Source of the DNA: Eledone cirrhosa
Taxonomy: Eukaryota
Direction of reading: 5' to 3'
Assembly: GCA_964016885.1 (NCBI GenBank)
Contig: OZ024743.1
Coordinates: forward strand, 96,534,001 to 96,598,000
DNA: 64,000 bases
The notes beneath the pieces are model-generated. The model was not told the origin of the DNA. It ran no database searches and saw only the letters and a list, made by a program, of their open reading frames with translations. The position numbers were made by a program, and so were the translations under genes. Positions 1-12,282 of this stretch are shown here, piece by piece (within the stretch, counting starts at the first letter, position 1; every line of letters begins with the position of its first letter).

Positions 1-937
1 TCAATTTAGAATCCTTTGAACTTTTTGTAAACATCCCCTTGAAAACATTTTATTACATTTAACATATCTATTGTTTCTATTTGGAACCTTTACTTCGACT
101 GTTATGTACAGATCCATGCACACACAAACACAAACACGTATAGTTATGTATATGCATGCATTAAATGAAAGCAACATGGTATGATAAGATATTTGTTTAT
201 CTAGTTTCTGCAGATTCAATGCATCAGCAGATCAGCCATTACTTTCATCTCTACAGTAATCACAATGCGTAATTTGCTTCATAAATCTCAGATGCCAAAT
301 GCAATATATGTAAACATAATATTAGCTTGGTGGAAATGTTAATATCTATTATGAAGACACCCCCACATACTTCACAGACATGAACTTATACACAAAATCA
401 TTAACGTATTGGACAGGAGGCCTTATGGTTTTTGCTCTGGCTCTTTATAGAGCTTCAACTTCTGCTATTTCTAACTTTCTCACTTTCCTTCTCATTTACC
501 CTGTTGTCCTACAGTGAAGCAATACCCACAGTACTTACCTTATACAATACCACAGTACTTGCCATAAAAAAGTCACATGCACTAGCAGGTCATGTCCCAC
601 AATATTTTATGCTGTTCATTTTCAGCCTTTCCCTTTTTAATTGTTGGCAAGGCCAGCCATAAAATCTCTTTGTATGCAAATGAAGCTAATCAGTCGATGT
701 ATACTTTAGAAAATACTATATATTTTAAAGAGTTCAATTCAGTAGCAGAAGGGAAATGACCCAGAAACATATTGGTTGTTCCTTGATATTACTATTGAAC
801 AAACAGATGATGATAGTCATCAGAGACAGAATATAGTGTAGTGAGACCATCTGCTTGCAAACAAATCAAATATTCTATTATTAAATATAACCCATTTTTA
901 CACACACACACACATATATATATATAAAGAAGTGCCA

Positions 938-1121
938 AGAAAACCCAGTAGAAGGAAGACAGTAGAGGAAGACCACGAAAAACATGGGCGGAGGTGGTGA
1001 GAGCAGACCTCAGATTGCTGAAACTCACGAAGGACCGTGACAAGTGGAGAGATGCTGTGCTGAATAGGACCTGTCCCACTCTTGAAAGCAGGGAAAAGCA
1101 GACGTAAAATGATGATGATGA
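938..1121 (+). mobile_element. RTE LINE 3' fragment (subfamily C, no 3' UTR), (GAT)n tail
   Basis: Encodes RGRPRKTWAEVVRADL..TKDRDKWRDAVLNRT; ends cttgaaagcagggaaaagcagacgtaaaat(gat)n then (TA)n. Confidence 0.85.
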
Positions 1122-1142
1122 TTATATATATATATATATATA

Positions 1143-2245
1143 TAGGAAAATAGGGCGCAGGTTCCCTCTGGGAAATGGCTATGCTCAGTATGTAGGAAAA
1201 GAGTAGGTAGAAATTCCATTCTATGCCCCAAATGTAAACTATAGATATATAAAAGATGTAGTGAGATCACAGTCAAGCTATCTAAGAATGTAGATTTTAT
1301 ATGTGGTTGATGCTCAGATGCAGTAAGTAGCAAGTGCTCCTTCAACTGCCCAGATGATTCTATAGAAATAGTAGACACTTTCTGTTACATGGATGACAAA
1401 ATCAGCAGTGGAGGAGGGTGCTCTGAATGTACAGTAGCCAGAGTGGGGTGGAAAACGTTCAGAGAGCTAATACCGCTGTTGGCTACAAAAGGTTTCTCTC
1501 TAAAAATGAAAAGCAGACTGTATGATGCTTGTATACGAACAGCAATGTTGCATGGCAGTGAAACATGGGCTTTGTGTGTAGTGTATCTGTGCCAATTGGA
1601 AAGGAACAAAGCATGCATGCTCCGATGGATGTGTAATAGTAATATACATGAATGGCAAAACGTAAATGAACCAAGTGATAAATTAGGAAAAAGAGGGATC
1701 AGATGTAGTTTACTTGAACTGAGATTATGTTGGTATGGTCATGTGATGCATATGAAGGACGACAGCTGTATAAAAAAAGTGCAGGGCGATCAAAATTGAT
1801 GGAAGCTCCCGAATAAGTAGATGCAGAAAAACCTGGGATGAGGTGATAAAATCTGACCTTGCACACTTACACCTCTCTAAGACAATATCACTGGATCGAG
1901 ATCTTTGGCGCTATGCAGTAATACAGAAGACCCGCCTTCCCTTACATATGAACTTAAACCTACAGTTAATAGGACCTCTTAACTCAATATACACACCACC
2001 CACACACCCTACTCTATTCTCTTACTTCTGCCTACACCACCCTTTCTCTGTAAAGTTATGTTGGTACTACAGAACATCCAATCCACACTGTAAAGTGGTT
2101 GTGTAGGAGACATGGCAAAAAGGCTCCCAGTCCACACTGTAAATGTGATTGGCATTAGGAAGAGCATCTAGCCGTAGAAAACCAGCCAGATACAGTTCTG
2201 TATGAGTGAGACACAGTCACGCAACCAATCTTGCTTCAAGTAGGA
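1143..2245 (+). mobile_element. Degenerate 5'-truncated RTE LINE (PHD + RT C-terminus + 3' UTR)
   Basis: ORF 1389-1799 (DKISSGGGCSE..ARVGWKTFRELIPLL..YGHVM) matches the 52335 ORF; 3' UTR motif ggcattaggaagagcatc. Confidence 0.9.
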
Positions 2246-2246
2246 C

Positions 2247-3462
2247 ATCATCATCATCATCATCATCGTTTAACGTCCATCTTCCACGCTAGCATGGGTT
2301 TGGACGGGAATCTTCCCACTTGAGGCAAGATTGGTTGTCTTGCTCGTATAGGACTGTCTGGCAGGTTTTCTACGGCTGGATGCCCTTCCTAACACCAACC
2401 ACATTTACAGTGTGGGCTGGGAGGTTTTTACCGTGTTACCTACACGGCCACATTACAGCGTGGACTGTGTGTTTTTTTGTCATGACACCTACACGCCCTC
2501 ATTTGTTTCGGACTGGATGCTGTGGTACCAACATAACTTTACATTGGAAGGGGTGGTGTGGATGGGGTGGGGGTAGGGGGGCCGGGGTGTATTTTTGTTA
2601 GAGGTGCCTACTGACTGTAGTAGGTTTCGCTTTGTACTTAGGCAAGGCGGGTCTTCTGTATTACTCTGTATCGCCAAAGATCTTGGTCCAGTGACATTGT
2701 CTTGGAGAGGTGTAAGTGTGTGAGGTCGGAATTTAGCAAGTCGTCCCAGGTTTTTCTGGGTCTGCCTACTCCGTGGCTACCGTCTATTTTTATCGCCCTG
2801 CACTTTTTTATACAGCTGTCTTCTTTCATGCGTAGCATTGAGTAAACAACATCTGATCCCTCTTATTCCTAATTTCTCACTTAGTTCGTTTATGCTTTGC
2901 CGTTCACGTATATTACTATTACACATCCAGTGGAGCATGCATGCTTCGTTCCTCTCCAGTCTGCGTATATCCTCTGCACACAATGCCCTGGTCTCACTGC
3001 CATGTAACATTGCTGTTCGTATGCAGGCATCATACAGCCTGCCTTTCATTTTTAGTGAGAACCCTTTAGTGGCCAATAGTGGTATAAGCTCTCTGAACTT
3101 TTTCCATCCCGTTCTGACTCTAGCTACTGTACTTTCGAAGCACCCTCCACCACTGCTGATTTTGTCACCCAAGTAACGGAAGGTGTCCACTATTTCTATA
3201 GAACCATCTGTGCAATGGAATGAGCTAGTATTCTGTGGGCACTTGCTGCTACTTATTGCAACAGAGCACCGGCCACATATAAAATCTATATTCTTAGTTA
3301 GCTTACCTGTGATCCCACTACATCCTTTATGCACCCATACTTTGCATTTGGGACATAAAATGGAGTTTCTGCCTACTCCTTTCCTACACACTGAGCATGG
3401 CCATTTCCCAGATGGGACTGGTGCCCTATTTTTTTCCTACAAACTAGAACTTTAGTCTTAGA
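2247..3462 (-). mobile_element. 5'-truncated RTE LINE (subfamily A)
   Basis: ORFs 2777-3391 and 2638-2838 nearly identical to the C-terminus of the 52335 ORF; (CAT)n tail at 2247-2268. Confidence 0.95.
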
Positions 3463-3518
3463 CAAACCCGTCTAACCCATGCTAGCGTGGAAGATGGACA
3501 TTAAACGATGATGATGAT
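3463..3518 (+). mobile_element. Ultra-short RTE 3' terminus (stem-loop + GAT tail), inverted to the adjacent LINE
   Basis: cccgtctaacccatgctagcgtggaagatggacattaaacgatgatgatgat. Confidence 0.8.
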
Positions 3519-3648
3519 ATAAACACACACACACATATGTATATATGTATATATATGACCAAAGATTAATATGGTTCATTGATTACTCAATGAATACAGT
3601 TTTACAATAGATTAAAAGCACTCAACAGAGGTTTTCCTGGAGTTTTTA

Positions 3649-3843
3649 ATATTATTCAAAATATGAACAAATAAAGATATTCATATAATCAAAATATATG
3701 ATTTATTATATATATTTCGAAGGTACTGTGTTGTTTTTTCGATGAGGACGTACTGAAAGAACAACACAGTAACTTCAAAATATATATAATAAACCATATA
3801 TTTTGATTATGTGAATATCTTCATTTGTTAATATTTTGAATAA

Positions 3844-3846
<3 letters not shown>
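3649..3846. repeat. Imperfect palindrome (~93-bp arms, ~12-nt loop) abutting (TA)n
   Basis: atattattcaaaatatgaacaaat...ttcg / tgaaag...atttgttaatattttgaataatat are reverse complements with scattered mismatches. Confidence 0.85.
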
Positions 3847-3882
<36 letters not shown>

Positions 3883-4309
3883 ATGTATAAATTTAGAAAT
3901 ATATATTTGTAACATTATTATAACAAATATTTCATTAAACCTCTAGATTCCTTTTCAATAGTATTTTCAAGTATTGCTTTAGAAATCTGAATATTAGCAT
4001 GACCTTTTAGAGCAGATGTTATTTCTGTTAGAATACTTCATCCAATACTAACTGCTCTTTCTAATTTGGTAACCTTAGGTCAGATTGCCTAAGGACATAA
4101 CTGTATTTGTGACAGTTTATATCCCTGATTGTTAATAAAAAATTCAATGCCTAAAGCTAAACTACTTTTCTGGGGCAACTAATCCATCGACAATTGGATC
4201 TAGTGAAGAATTCATGGTCTGGAATTAAAACCCACAGGTTATTAGCATATATAGTCACAGCACACACACATACATGCATATGCACACACACACACATACA
4301 CAGAGACAC

Positions 4310-4462
4310 AGTGAAGTTTTGTAGGTTCTATATACTAAATTTCTCTCACAAAGCTCTACTCAACCTGATGCAATAGTAGAAGTCTCTTGCTTAAGGTACC
4401 AAGCAGTGGGACTGAACCTAAAATAATGTGATTACAAAGCAAACTTCTTAGCCACACAGCAA
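4310..4462 (-). mobile_element. Degenerate tRNA/CORE-type SINE
   Basis: Minus strand reads gctgtgtggctaagaagtttgc..ggttcagtcccactgc..ccttaagcaagagactt (A box, B box, CORE-like motif). Confidence 0.6.
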
Positions 4463-4679
4463 TAGTGAAACCTGATAATTAAATTCTGTGATTGAAATGA
4501 AATAAGTTGAATATAAACTCTTTCAGATGCAGAATGTTAAATCATGAGAAAAGCTGAAAACAATAAAGTTTTGAGTGATATTTGATATACAGCTTCACTG
4601 ATGTGAATATGTCTACACTTTAGCTGCAGACAATTGTTTTCTCTGCTGTAAACTTTAGTAGATGATTCTGAGTGCTTCT

Positions 4680-5127
4680 TTTACCCTTTCATCAACATAT
4701 TTGTAATGAAAGACACTTTCTATGATTTTTAAATTATCACGAATATGGAGGGAAATAGTAATATAGCTAACTTTCTCATTATTAAGTTGATATTTTGTAC
4801 ATACCAAATGTTCTTACATAAAATTATAATGGATGGTTTTTAGATAAACATTAACATTTTAACATTTTTACATTGCTGCTGTGTTTTTAAAGAATGACAT
4901 TACCTATTATTTTCAAATCATTTTGAAAATGATCAAAAATGTTGAGGGATTTAGTAATGTAATTAGTTTTCTCATTATTAAGCTGATATTTGGAACGTAA
5001 CTTAAATATTCTTATATAAAACTATGTTGGAAGATTTTTTACATAAATACAAAGCATTTAAAATCAAACATGATTCTATCATGAAGCCAGTGGCAGTTTC
5101 AGACAGGTATTGTATCAAAAGAATTAA
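4680..5127 (-). mobile_element. Degenerate piggyBac-like MITE (family of 18068, 24107, 63850)
   Basis: Ends ttaccctttcat... and ...gtatcaaaagaattaa; internal similarity to 18068-18518 in reverse. Confidence 0.45.
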
Positions 5128-5589
5128 ATATTGTCAAGTTGGGTGAAGATACTTTCTGAAATTTATATGCAAAATAGAGAAGCATATCTCATGATACTTC
5201 TTGACTGTGCTTTGTAAACAGTAGTAAACCTGTCATTTGTATTTTTGTGGCTTTCCATGGCATTCAAAATATTTATGCAGTTTTGTTGCTAATAGCAGAG
5301 ATATTTGAGGCTTGCTATCTTTAGTAGCACATAGAATTTCCAGCTTCCTCCCTTGAAATTCCAAAAGCGGAATTCAAAGTTTGGTGTATTCCTTTTTATA
5401 GATTGATATGTATTTTTATAGTTTAAATGAAGGGTTTGTCCTTGTTAGTTTCTTTTTATCAGTAATCTAATATCTAACATTTTATTACTCATGCAATACT
5501 GCCTTAGAGTTAGATGTATAGTATCTCTTAATCTTTCCTAACATAGGTACAAGGCCAGGAATTTGTGAAATGAAGTAAATTGAAATTTA

Positions 5590-5960
5590 CAGCTCACATC
5601 TATAGCTTCTTTTGAGGTTGCATCTCATAAGAGTTTTCTTGTTATCTTTAATAAATGCCCCAGTTCTATCATGAAAAGCAACATGAAATGAAACATCTTG
5701 CTGAAGAACACAATGTGCCAATCGGTCCAGGAATCAAACCTTCAAACATTTGATTGTGAGTGCAATAAACTAGACACTAAACCATCCAGAAATTTGTGGG
5801 AAGGCAGTTAATTGATTAAATTGACACCAGTACTTAGATGGTATTTCATTTTATTGACCCGGGAAGAATATAAGTAAAAGTGTATCTTGGTGCAATTTAA
5901 ATTCAGAACATAAAGACATGGAACAAATACAAGGCATTTTGTCCAATGCGTCGATCTAAG
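5590..5960 (-). mobile_element. Degenerate SINE fragments (tRNA head and Meta-domain-like)
   Basis: ttgacaccagtacttagatggtatttcattttattgacccggg resembles the 18320 SINE; ccaggaatcaaacc is a B-box complement. Confidence 0.5.
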
Positions 5961-7924
5961 ATATCTTAACGGGGATTTAAATAGAATTGGTAGAAAGATG
6001 TTTAGATTTGTTAAACTGATCTTTGTGGGGAAATACATTTCCCCTCAGCACTTGGTGCTATTTAGTACTTCCTGTACATAGTTTAGTGTATAAGAGCATT
6101 AACACTATATACAATAAAGATTTTAAAGTTCAATCCTTGCTCTATTGTATGTACATAGATATTGTACATGATGGTAACTCATTTAAATGACTTTTTGCCA
6201 AAACATAAACAAAGAAAGGGCATCTATGCAGTCACTTAATCTGCTAGAATTAGCAACGATGCCATCCTCAAATCACTCCTTCTCTTTTGTAAAAAAAAAC
6301 ACAGACACATTGAATAATATATGTCTGAACAAAAATGGATGGTTACGATCACAGGTTTTCTCATTTCTTACCATTTAGTGAGGAGGCAGAGCAGTGGGGA
6401 TGATGCTTTTCAGGGCTTGTGATGCTGAAGTGACAGAGAAAGATATCCTCAACTCAGTGACCTGTTTTGAATGTTTACAGCAAAGAGCAGATGGGGTTGT
6501 TTAACTGGTCCACAGATTAAGTCAGCCATGGTAGGATTTAAGCTCAGAACACAAAGAACCATACCAAATATTTCAAAACATCGATTCCAATGTTTCAATG
6601 ATTCAGACAGTCTATTAGCCTAGACTGTCACTTTATCAAACCCAGAAAGTTAAAAGACAAATATGACCATGGTGGGGTTGTAACACAGAACACTAGTAGC
6701 CAGATAAAATATAGCAAGGTATTTTATATAAAGCTCTAATGCTTTCACCAATTTATCCCCTATAAGGAAAATCAAAAACATCAACAATCAAAAACAAATG
6801 ATGAGGTTTAGCAATCTGAAGAATGTTTCTGTAACTGTTCCAGATAAATGTAGGTATATTGGAATTTAAATTGTTAATGATAGTGTTGACAGTGTGTGGT
6901 GGCAGAATATTTGGAATTAATTGAATGGAAGTTCACTAAAAGATGCTATGGTAACAACTGAAGGGATAAGGTTATAGCATTTGGTTGCAGAGTAAAACAG
7001 CAGTATGTCACTCTTTTTTCCCCCTCGGACCTTTTTCTACACAGAAGCAAAGCTACTCTTTGTTATACATAGCCATTTTACATAACATAGTTTCTATGTA
7101 GAGATCCATAAAATTAATGTTGAGTTTTATTTTTTTTATGGTTAGGGTTAATATAAACATAAGACTGATGAATAAAAAGAAACCATATGGCATTGTATTC
7201 TTCCACCTGAATATCATAAAGACTTCTTTGGATAAAACTTTTTACTAAATTTTCATGATTGTTTTTAATGTTTATTTACTGATATATTTGAAAGTTTCAT
7301 CTGAAAAGTGCTATTTTCACTGGACGTTTGCCAAAAATGTAATGGTAGTTTATTGAAAGAATAGTGATGTGTAGGTGTGATACAAAAATGCTGTTCTCTG
7401 TTGGAAGCTTCAGTTTATAATATAACGAGAAAGATAGATAGAGAGAGGGGGAGAGAGAGAAAGGTCACATGTTCTTTAGCAAACAAACTGTTTAAAGATC
7501 CTTATGGAATTCAAGGAAAGTCTTGTTTGTTTGATTAGATTAGATATAGTTTCTATTGTATTATAAACATTCAAGATTTCATATAAATTCAATGTCAACA
7601 AAAATAGAACTGGTTGCTATTATATGCAAGGAAATATCCTCATAACCTAAACTGCTACAGCTAAACCTTTTCTTCATTTTTGGAGAATGCTTTGCGATAA
7701 TTTTACACGTTCTTTTGGATTTGGTAAATCCACTTGCTACAGAAATCTCAGTTACATTCTACATTTTGTCTAAGTTCCTAAACCCTGGTGTGGCACAATG
7801 GGATTAAACTTAAAGTCACATGATTTCCAAATGAGATTCTTAACCACATGGCCAAGCCTGTGACCATATGATCAAGAGAGAAATATGTGAGAGTTAGTTT
7901 AATTGCTGAAAATACCAAACTAAC

Positions 7925-8175
7925 GAGGTTGTGTAGGTGTCACGACAAAAAGACACACAGTCCACGCTGTAATGTGACCGTGTAGGTAACATGGTAAAAA
8001 ACTCCTGGTCCACACCGTAAATGTGGTTGGTGTTAGGAAGGGCATCCAGCCATAGAAAACCTGCCAGATAGTCCTATACGAGCAAGACACGGTCTCCCAA
8101 CCAATCTTACATCAAATGGGACAATTCCTGTCTAACCCATGCTAATGTGGAAGATAGACGTTAAACGATGATGAT
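7925..8175 (+). mobile_element. RTE 3' UTR fragment
   Basis: Matches 54565-54800 including ggtgttaggaagggcatccagc and the terminal stem-loop. Confidence 0.85.
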
Positions 8176-9164
8176 CTTCATGGTCATATCTGCTTAAGCT
8201 CTTGTTATTATTGTTGTTGGAAAACCTTAGCCGTGTCTACTTGAGCAGACATCTAATATTGAGTTAGCTGACCAAATAAAGCATTCGATTAGTTGTTTAA
8301 CTATGGCTATTTAATCTTCTTCCTTACCTAAGATTTAGAACTGTAAACCTGTGGTTCCTTTAAAACCAATGTTGTTTTTTAGCTCATGACCTTCCTTGAT
8401 CAAGTAAACCTATTACCAAATGATTTCCTTCCATGAGCATCCTGACTTTTAGCAGTGCCTAAGAGTGCATTATCTAGTGTGTCCTTCATATTTTTTATGA
8501 TGGTAGGGTGTAATTTGATGAAGAATTTGCTGACTGCTATATCTAAAATGTTAAGTGTCTGTACTTTTTGTGGCCTTTCATTTGGGAGTTTGTTGAGAAG
8601 TGTAGCTGTACTATTGTTCAAATTGAGTAGCCACATTAGCAAATTATCATTTGCTCAAAAGCCATTCAATTGATTTGCTGAGAAATTCAAGTATCCTCCG
8701 GGGAAACGCCTTCTCTATTCTGTCCGCTGGGGCTGTGGGGACACAAGCCGATTATATTACGAATTCTGTTGAATAGTCTTAAACACCCTTTCTCAATATA
8801 TCTAGTGAAGGTATTGTTCTTTTTAAAGACATAATTTACAGCAATAGCCGGGCTTTTAAAATGTTTTCATTAATGAATATAATGTCAAATATAAAGTTAT
8901 AAAAGTAATAATTTAGCAAAAATATTATTAAATTTATTGACATGGGGTAGGGCATATATCAAGACAGTATGTCTAGTCCTTGCTCTTCCTCTCCTTTCCC
9001 TTTCATTTATGGCCCTTATAGTCCTTTCCAATGTTGCTCTCTTTTCCTGTATGTTTATGTAAGTACATGTGGAATACAGGCTTACCGGTTATTTCTAACC
9101 TTATGTCTGAGTGTTGTTAACATGGATAATTTGTCAGTTACATAAGTAGATTTCATTTAGATAT

Positions 9165-9520
9165 GGAGGCACATGGCTTAGTGGTTAGAGCATTGGCCTT
9201 GCAATCGAAAGGTTGTGAGTTCAATTCTCAGACCGGGTGATGTGTTGTTTCCTTGAGCAAGACACTTTATTTCACATTGCTCCAGTTTACTCAGCTGTAG
9301 AAATGAGATGATAGGGACTGGAGTCCATATCATTCCACTGCAAAGTGGTCGTGCAGGTGCCACGGCAAAAAAGCACCCAGCACTCACTGTAAATGAGGTT
9401 GGTGTTAGGAAGGGCATTCAGCTGTAGAAATCAAGCCAGAATCAGTTCCCGTCCCACCCTTGCAAGCAGGGAAAAAGTGGACGTAAAATGAAATGATGAT
9501 GATGATGATGAAATGATATA
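9165..9520 (+). mobile_element. tRNA-head/CORE-like SINE with RTE-derived 3' end
   Basis: A box tggcttagtgg, B box gttcaattc, ccttgagcaagacacttt core, then RTE 3' UTR module and cccttgcaagcaggg..(gat)n tail; second copy at 15734. Confidence 0.85.
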
Positions 9521-11052
9521 ACTAAATTTTGAGGACTTAAAGTGTTGTACACTTTTATATAAAGATTTTGTAATGCTTAGTTTTACTTTGATAAAATGAG
9601 TTGAAACTGACTGTTATTAAAGTAATTTTTTCATTCCAGCCCACAAATCACTTAAATTAATGAAAGGAAATATTCTTTCAATTAAAATAAATAAATGAAT
9701 AAACAAACAGGAAGTGTAAAAGAGCAAATTCCTTGCTTAATTTGTATTAAATTATATTTATTTCGATAATCAGATTGATAACTGACACAAATTATCCAAC
9801 ATCTCTTATATAAAAGCCTAATTATTTTCATTTGGAATTTTGTCAAGCAATTAAAAATTATTTGTCAATTAAAGTTAGTGAGATTTTGTGTTTAATTAAG
9901 TCTTTGATTAATGGGGATTTTCTGATACTGTGATTTTTTCCTCCTCTTAATTCTTTGGATTATTTCCCATAGAATGAACTTCTCACAGGACTATCACTAT
10001 TCATGAATCTTGTTGATATTCACAAGTCATTTTTCATTAGCAAGGCATTAGACTGACATGTATTATGCATGGCAATTTGATTTAATTGAACAATAATTCT
10101 ACAACTGCAACATCTTTAAAGATTTGTTATAAATTTAGAAAGCTATTAGAATAGACAATTTGCTAAATATATAATTTTTAAATGACATTTTGTATGTATG
10201 GATTATAACAAAGTATCTTTTATTAGGTTACATTAATTGCATAGAAGCAATGATTTCCTGGCATTAGCTAAGAGAATTTTGTCTACATGCGCCAACTGAT
10301 TCACATCATGAACTGAAAGCTGAGAATGTTGCACTGCTTGTCACCATTAAGGAAAAGGTGCATAGCATTTTCCTCCTAATCATCATCATAATATTCATCA
10401 TCATCAACATCATCATGACATGAGTTTTAAAATGATTGAAAACCTAAGAAGTGTATAATAGTTGGATTTTATTGTGGAACAAATTTTTTGTTGTCTTTTG
10501 AAAAATGAAATAAAAATGCATACATACATGTTTTCACATTAACATGTATTGAATGTATATTCAAAATCACACGTTTGACAGAATAACTAAATTACTACAT
10601 TTATTTCCTTTCCAGATGTCCAGTTTTGAACAATTACTATGATAATATAATTATATGATATTAAATAATATAATTACTTACATAATACAATTATTGCCAA
10701 TGTCTGCATTGTCCTTATCAATCATATTTATCATGATTATTGTCTGAAAGGATCCCCATTATTATTTATTAATTACCCATATTTCTATGCTTGTATAGGT
10801 TGGATTGGTGCAGCACAAATCTTTCCATACATTTTTTGATTCATTACTATCTGTATCATTCCACATATTTTATGCAATGAAGGAGCCTCTTTGTAGTCTC
10901 TTACATGCTAGAAGTATTAATGAAATCTCCAACAGGAGGAAACATTGGATAATGTTGTCTTAGATTCACAGTATGGGGGAAACTAATATGGAACCTCTAG
11001 TTGTTGCCCAGAGATTTATCCATCTGCATTGTAGATGCTTCCAAAAATGACC

Positions 11053-11417
11053 ATCATCATCATCATCATCGTTTAACGTCTATCTTCCACGCTAGCATGG
11101 GTTAGATGGGAATTGTCCTACTTGAGGCAAGATTGGTTGGGTGACCGTGTCTCGCTCGTATAGGACTATCTGGCAGGTTTTCTACAGCTGGATGCCCTTC
11201 CTAACGCCAACCACATTTACGGTGTGGACTGGGAGCTTTTTACCGTGTTACCTACATGGCCACATTACAGAGTGGACTGCGTGTTTTTTTGTTGTGACAT
11301 CTACACGATCTTATTTAGTTTGGACTGGTGGATGTTGTGGTACCAACATAACTTTACAGAGAAAGGATGATGTTGGTGGGAGGACCACTCTTTCTCTGTA
11401 AAGTTATGTTGGTACCA
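11053..11417 (-). mobile_element. RTE 3' UTR fragment with 28-bp inversion at its 5' junction
   Basis: (CAT)n tail, 3' UTR match, arms 11338-11365 and 11390-11417 are reverse complements. Confidence 0.85.
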
Positions 11418-11440
11418 TATGTATATATATATATATATAT

Positions 11441-11562
11441 AATTGTTTCTACTTTAGGCACAAGGCCAGCAATTATCCAGTGCATTACTGGTACTTTATT
11501 TTATCGACCCCGTAAGGATGAAAGGCAAAGTCAACCTCGGCTGGATTTGAACTCAGATCGTA
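11441..11562 (-). mobile_element. Meta-domain-like SINE 3' part
   Basis: ctggtactttattttatcgaccccgtaaggatgaaaggcaaagtcaacctcgg, the same family as 18320 and the 42757-45445 copies. Confidence 0.8.
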
Positions 11563-11948
11563 AATATTTGTGTGTCTTTGTGAGTGTGGTATCAGGAAGG
11601 GAATCCAACTATAAAAGAAAAAAAAAACTGCCTCCCAAAAGTCTTATCAGACATAAACCAGCATTGGGAGTCATAAGTCAAAACTGATGATGTAAAAACC
11701 AGTTACAGCTCACATCTATACTAGTTTAGCTGGCCTCCTATGAGCTGGCATCTTGGACATTTCTTTGGTGCTTTGATAATAGCTGTAATCCTATCATGTA
11801 AAGCAGTATGAAATGAAGCATGAGGCTCATGATCCTAATTCACCATTTGGTCCAAGAATCAAACCCATGTACTTATGATCATGAGTACTTATGATCATGA
11901 GTCTATCCGAAAGGACGTGTACCTTGATAATGATGATGATAAAGATGA

Positions 11949-11979
<31 letters not shown>

Positions 11980-12043
11980 AATTTATATTTATTTACCCAT
12001 GCTAGCATGGAAGATAGACGTTAAACGATGATGATGATGATGA

Positions 12044-12079
<36 letters not shown>

Positions 12080-12282
12080 GTGTATCCCGGGTTCAATCAG
12101 AGGTAACCACAGTAAGTAAGATACTCAATACATGGCATAGTATAATCCTGATGATTTCCTTCGAATGAAACAGTTCTAGTCCTGTAGAAGCCATTTCTTT
12201 ATATATATTAGTTCTACAACAGTTAATTAACCATTATCAAGGACAATTGTTTCACCTTGCAGATCTTCAGCTTGGCTGAATA

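Noticed and set aside
7164-7195. CTGATGA..GAAAC-catatg-g hammerhead
   Set aside because: No stem II, no UH triplet and no stem I
8400-8673. ORFs of 72-80 aa
   Set aside because: Overlap a degenerate interspersed repeat also seen near 6230 and 10890; no domain evidence
9165-9240. tRNA gene
   Set aside because: A/B boxes continue into a SINE body and tail; no complete cloverleaf
10240-10365. Possible host exon
   Set aside because: Stops in the frames examined and no recognisable protein
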